Shown here: one piece after another, positions 60,818-64,000 of the stretch
How positions within the stretch are numbered: position 1 is the stretch's first letter
Layout of the letters: each line of letters starts with the position of its first letter
Source of the DNA: Chiloscyllium plagiosum
Lineage: Eukaryota
Length of the DNA: 64,000 nucleotides
Assembly (NCBI RefSeq): GCF_004010195.1
Contig: NC_057753.1
Span: 3,915,866-3,979,865, forward strand
Direction of reading: 5' to 3'
Notes under the pieces: generated by a model
What the model was told of the DNA's origin: nothing
What the model saw: only the letters and a program-made list of their open reading frames with translations
Databases searched by the model: none
Translations under genes and position numbers: made by a program

Positions 60818-61528
60818 TGAATCTTTCTCTGCTTGGGCCTGTCAGAGCGGTGACAGGGAATGAAGACTCTGGGAGCAGGCAGGACCTGGGCAAGTGGAAG
60901 TTTATTCCTACAGAAACCAGTTAAAGCAGAGAGAGGGCCAAAGGATCTTTTCTGAATCTGGCCTTGACGTACCAATGCAGTTCATCGTTTAATCTTTGGC
61001 TCAGATCAGAGGATAGATCAATGGCGCACTCAAACTCGTACAGTAAAAAGCAGTATTTTTATACATTTCTGTATTACAATGATCACATACAAGATGGTCG
61101 CAGCCATTCCCTCCCGATCCACTAAAACACCTCGTCAATGATGAGCATCCCCGTGGTCCGCCTCAGGTTCCCATTACCTCACGGTGTTTACCATGTACTA
61201 TAAATCCCCTCGTCCTTGGGATCTTTCTATGCATCCTATTCACTCACATTCCAAAGTCACTGGTTGTACTCCCTCAGATCTGTTTCAGGCTGGCTTACCA
61301 ATTAAAGACAGTTTGAATTCTTTTATTCACTGCATTCCTTTCAATTACTCCCTTCACGTTTCCCATTGTTCTAATCATATATGTAAAAATATGCAAGACA
61401 GTTAATTGTAACCAATTGCTATTTCTATTCTGAGGTTAGTGAAGGTTAGGTATACCGATTTCTACTGTTAGTCCTCCGCAGTTATTGGCCGTGAACAATC
61501 TAGTTTGTCCAAGGTGAATGAGAGAGTA

Positions 61529-61844
61529 CAGGTACACAATCCTTGATCTGAAATCCATGTCTTTCTCGCGAAGTTTCTTTCTCCGTAACAATGTTGATTG
61601 GCGTGCAAACTGTTAACCCAACTCTACACCCACGCGACCTGCGTCACTCAGCTGTGACATGGCTTGGCGTGGCCCAGCTCTGGCAGACCTCAATTCTGTC
61701 TCAGGGCCTGTAGTACTCACAGGTGCATCTGCTGTTCAGTAAGATTTATTTCATTTCACCGTTGAACTGTCACTTATTCCGAAATCCAAAAAATTGCGAA
61801 AACCAACTAGCCCTGAGGGTTTCGGATAAAAGATTATGTATCTG
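61529..61844. mobile_element. MITE (pogo/Tigger-like)
   Basis: Imperfect TIRs CAGGTACACAATCCTTGATCTGAAA / TTTCGGATAAAAGATTATGTATCTG; TA on both sides. Confidence 0.75.
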
Positions 61845-62094
61845 TACTTCCTAAAGTTAACTAACTTTCACACACAAGCAGAAAGGTTTTGGTTATATGC
61901 ATCTATATTTATGTTGGAGAATCTCCAACTGGAAACTCTTGCTTAATATTGCAGAGTAATTGGGAAGCAATGGTTTATTATGAAACAGCTAACTGTTGTT
62001 CTGGTAGTTATTTAGGGATTTAGAATTTTATATCTTGCACCTGGTATTTATTCCTTTAGTGGCACAATCACCCTTTCATTAATGAACTGATTTT

Positions 62095-62445
62095 ATAGAG
62101 ACATACAAGATGATCAGAGGATTAGAGAGGGTAGACAGTGACAGTCTTTTTCCTAGGATGATGACGTCAGCGTGTACGAGGGGGCATAACTACAAATTGA
62201 GGGGTGGTAGATTTAAGACAGATATCAGAGAGTGGTACTTTACTCTGAGAGTGGTAAGGGTGTGGAATGCCCTTCCTGCTAATGTAGTCACCTCAGCCAC
62301 AAAAGGGAGATTTAAACAATCCTTAGATAAGCACATGGATGATGATGGGATAGTGGAGGGGACGAGCTGAGAATAGTTCACAGGTCGGTGCAACATCGAG
62401 GGCCGGAGGGCCTGTTCTGCGCTGTATTGTTCTATGTTCTATGTC
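62095..62445 (+). mobile_element. CR1 3' fragment (second subfamily)
   Basis: RVVRVWNALP; (GTTCTAT)n tail. Confidence 0.9.
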
Positions 62446-62519
62446 TCAGGTGTGTTTTTATTGTAACTGCACAGGATGGTTGCTGCTCAGGGTCCCCTTT
62501 ACTGGCTTTGGAGTAGTTT

Positions 62520-62830
62520 TCATAGAATCCCTACAGTGTGGAAACAGGCCCTTCGGCCCAACAAGTCCACACTGACCCGCTGAAGAGTATCCCACCCAAA
62601 CCCATACCCCATTACTCCGCATTTTCCCCTGACTAATGCACCTAACCTACACATCCCTGTACACTACGGGCAATTTAGGACGGCCAATCCACCCTAACCT
62701 GCACATCCTTGGATTGTGGGAGGAAACCCACGGGAGAATGTGCAAACTCCTCATGGACAGTCACCCGAGGCTGGAATCGAACCAGAGTCCCTGGCGCTGT
62801 GAGGCAGCAGCGCTAATCACTGAGCCACCG
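62520..62830 (-). mobile_element. HE1/V-SINE-type SINE
   Basis: Tail, core and head on the minus strand. Confidence 0.88.
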
Positions 62831-64000
62831 TATCATGTTGGTTCTGTAATCAGTGACTGAGCTGGGTCAGTATCAACCTCCATTCGAACCAGGTGACCAT
62901 TTAACCAGATTTTTGTTGTGATTGCTCCTGACTTGCATGTTGCTCAATAGTTTCACTGTTCCAAGCCAGATGTAGGTGGGCCATCCAGCATGTGCACTTT
63001 CCTGGGTACTGGCTGCCTATGAGTTCTCTTATGCAATTCAGGCCAAGTGGTACTCTTTTGCTGTCTCAAGTCTATATACCAGCAACATTTACAACGGCCT
63101 GCAGACCTGGATCCCGAAGAAAAGGTTAACCATTTGGTCAAGGCTTGGCTTTGTTTTGGAGGTTTTGCTGTGGGCTGACCTGGGGTTGCTCTGTTCAGGA
63201 TATATCCAGATGCTGCACAATCACCTTCACTCAAGTGGTTAGCACCCAAGCTCCGCACCCCCCCCGAGGGTGGGGTGTCCACTTTCATCAGCAAACACAG
63301 TGCCTCATACGGCCCCTGCGTTTTTGAATGACAAAGCCAGCTGTAGTGCCTGCTTGAAGTCCACTTGGGCCTGTAGGTGGATTGTAATGGTTGCATCGTT
63401 AATTCCACATACCAAACAGTGCCTCAGCAGTTTGTGAGGGGTTAAACCAAGGTCACATGCCTTTTAACCTCGTCAGAAATCCCGACATGGATTCCTGTCA
63501 TTCTCTAGTAAAACCACTGAGTGAAACTGAAGGCCTCTCAGAATTAGGGGAGTGGGGTCTGAATATTCCTGAACTAAATCTGTCAACTCTTAAAAGATTT
63601 TAGTATCTAGTGCCTCAGGAAATGGTAGGCTCCTAACAACCACGAGCTGTCAGGAATTACTCGTTGCTTGTCATCTGCCCCAAATGTCATTTGTCCAGAA
63701 AAGAAAATCGCATTTGTTCCATATATTGGGCCCAGACTTTGACAGCAGTGTCGAACAAATCAAGTTTCCCAAATAATGGCATGTTACCAGAAACACTGGT
63801 CCCAATCTAAAGACAACTGTTGTGAGCGAATGTCTGCAGGAGCAAACCCCAGTCTCGTTGCCACTGAGAAACCTCCACAGAGACCAGTATCCCGTCACCA
63901 AGTCACCCTTTCTTTACACGTGCATAGTACTTGACACCAGAGCCTTAGGGACTTGGCTGTGTACTGTTGAGAATGCGTATAGGGTATGAGCAGGCAGGGA

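Larger units (their letters stand above)
59990..63960 (-). mobile_element. Decayed Gypsy LTR retrotransposon (PBS-gag-protease-RT start) with nested insertions
   Basis: PBS-like TGGCAACGAG at ~63854-63863; gag MPLFGKLDLFDTAVKVWAQY from 63782; protease WLNGHLVRMEVDT ~62870-62910; RT WAAPMVPFVKPNGSVCLCGNFK ~60110-60175. Confidence 0.8.

Overview
Vertebrate genomic DNA, most likely from a shark or ray, judged from HE1/V-SINE-type SINEs, HER1/CR1-type LINEs and a Deu-SINE-like family. The window is part of a TE-saturated cluster of tandem C2H2 zinc-finger genes. There are four intact single-coding-exon ZNF genes (1679-2464 +, 12830-13444 -, 41161-42030 -, 56624-57283 +; 7-10 fingers, no KRAB/SCAN/BTB visible) and one ZNF pseudogene split by a CR1 insertion (~33930-34905 -). 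Two CpG-island promoters (~22900-23420, ~46690-47430) carry YY1, NRF1 and CCAAT motifs. The rest is mostly CR1 LINEs (one near full length), SINEs, L2-like remnants, a Gypsy remnant, a solo LTR, two TA-flanked MITEs, many Penelope-like (PLE) fragments, minisatellites and a 500-N gap. Most notable: (i) at least four PLE terminal families carrying minimal hammerhead-ribozyme motifs, often as palindromes or with very long target duplications; (ii) a phased 7x YY1 array in a putative ZNF first intron; (iii) effector-less ZNFs sharing invariant 'signature' fingers and an ancient SINE relic upstream of the coding-exon acceptor; (iv) a ~60-copy perfect 52-bp SINE-derived array abutting a ZNF promoter. 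Everything was read by eye. Repeat boundaries are approximate and family names come from motif recognition, not database searches.
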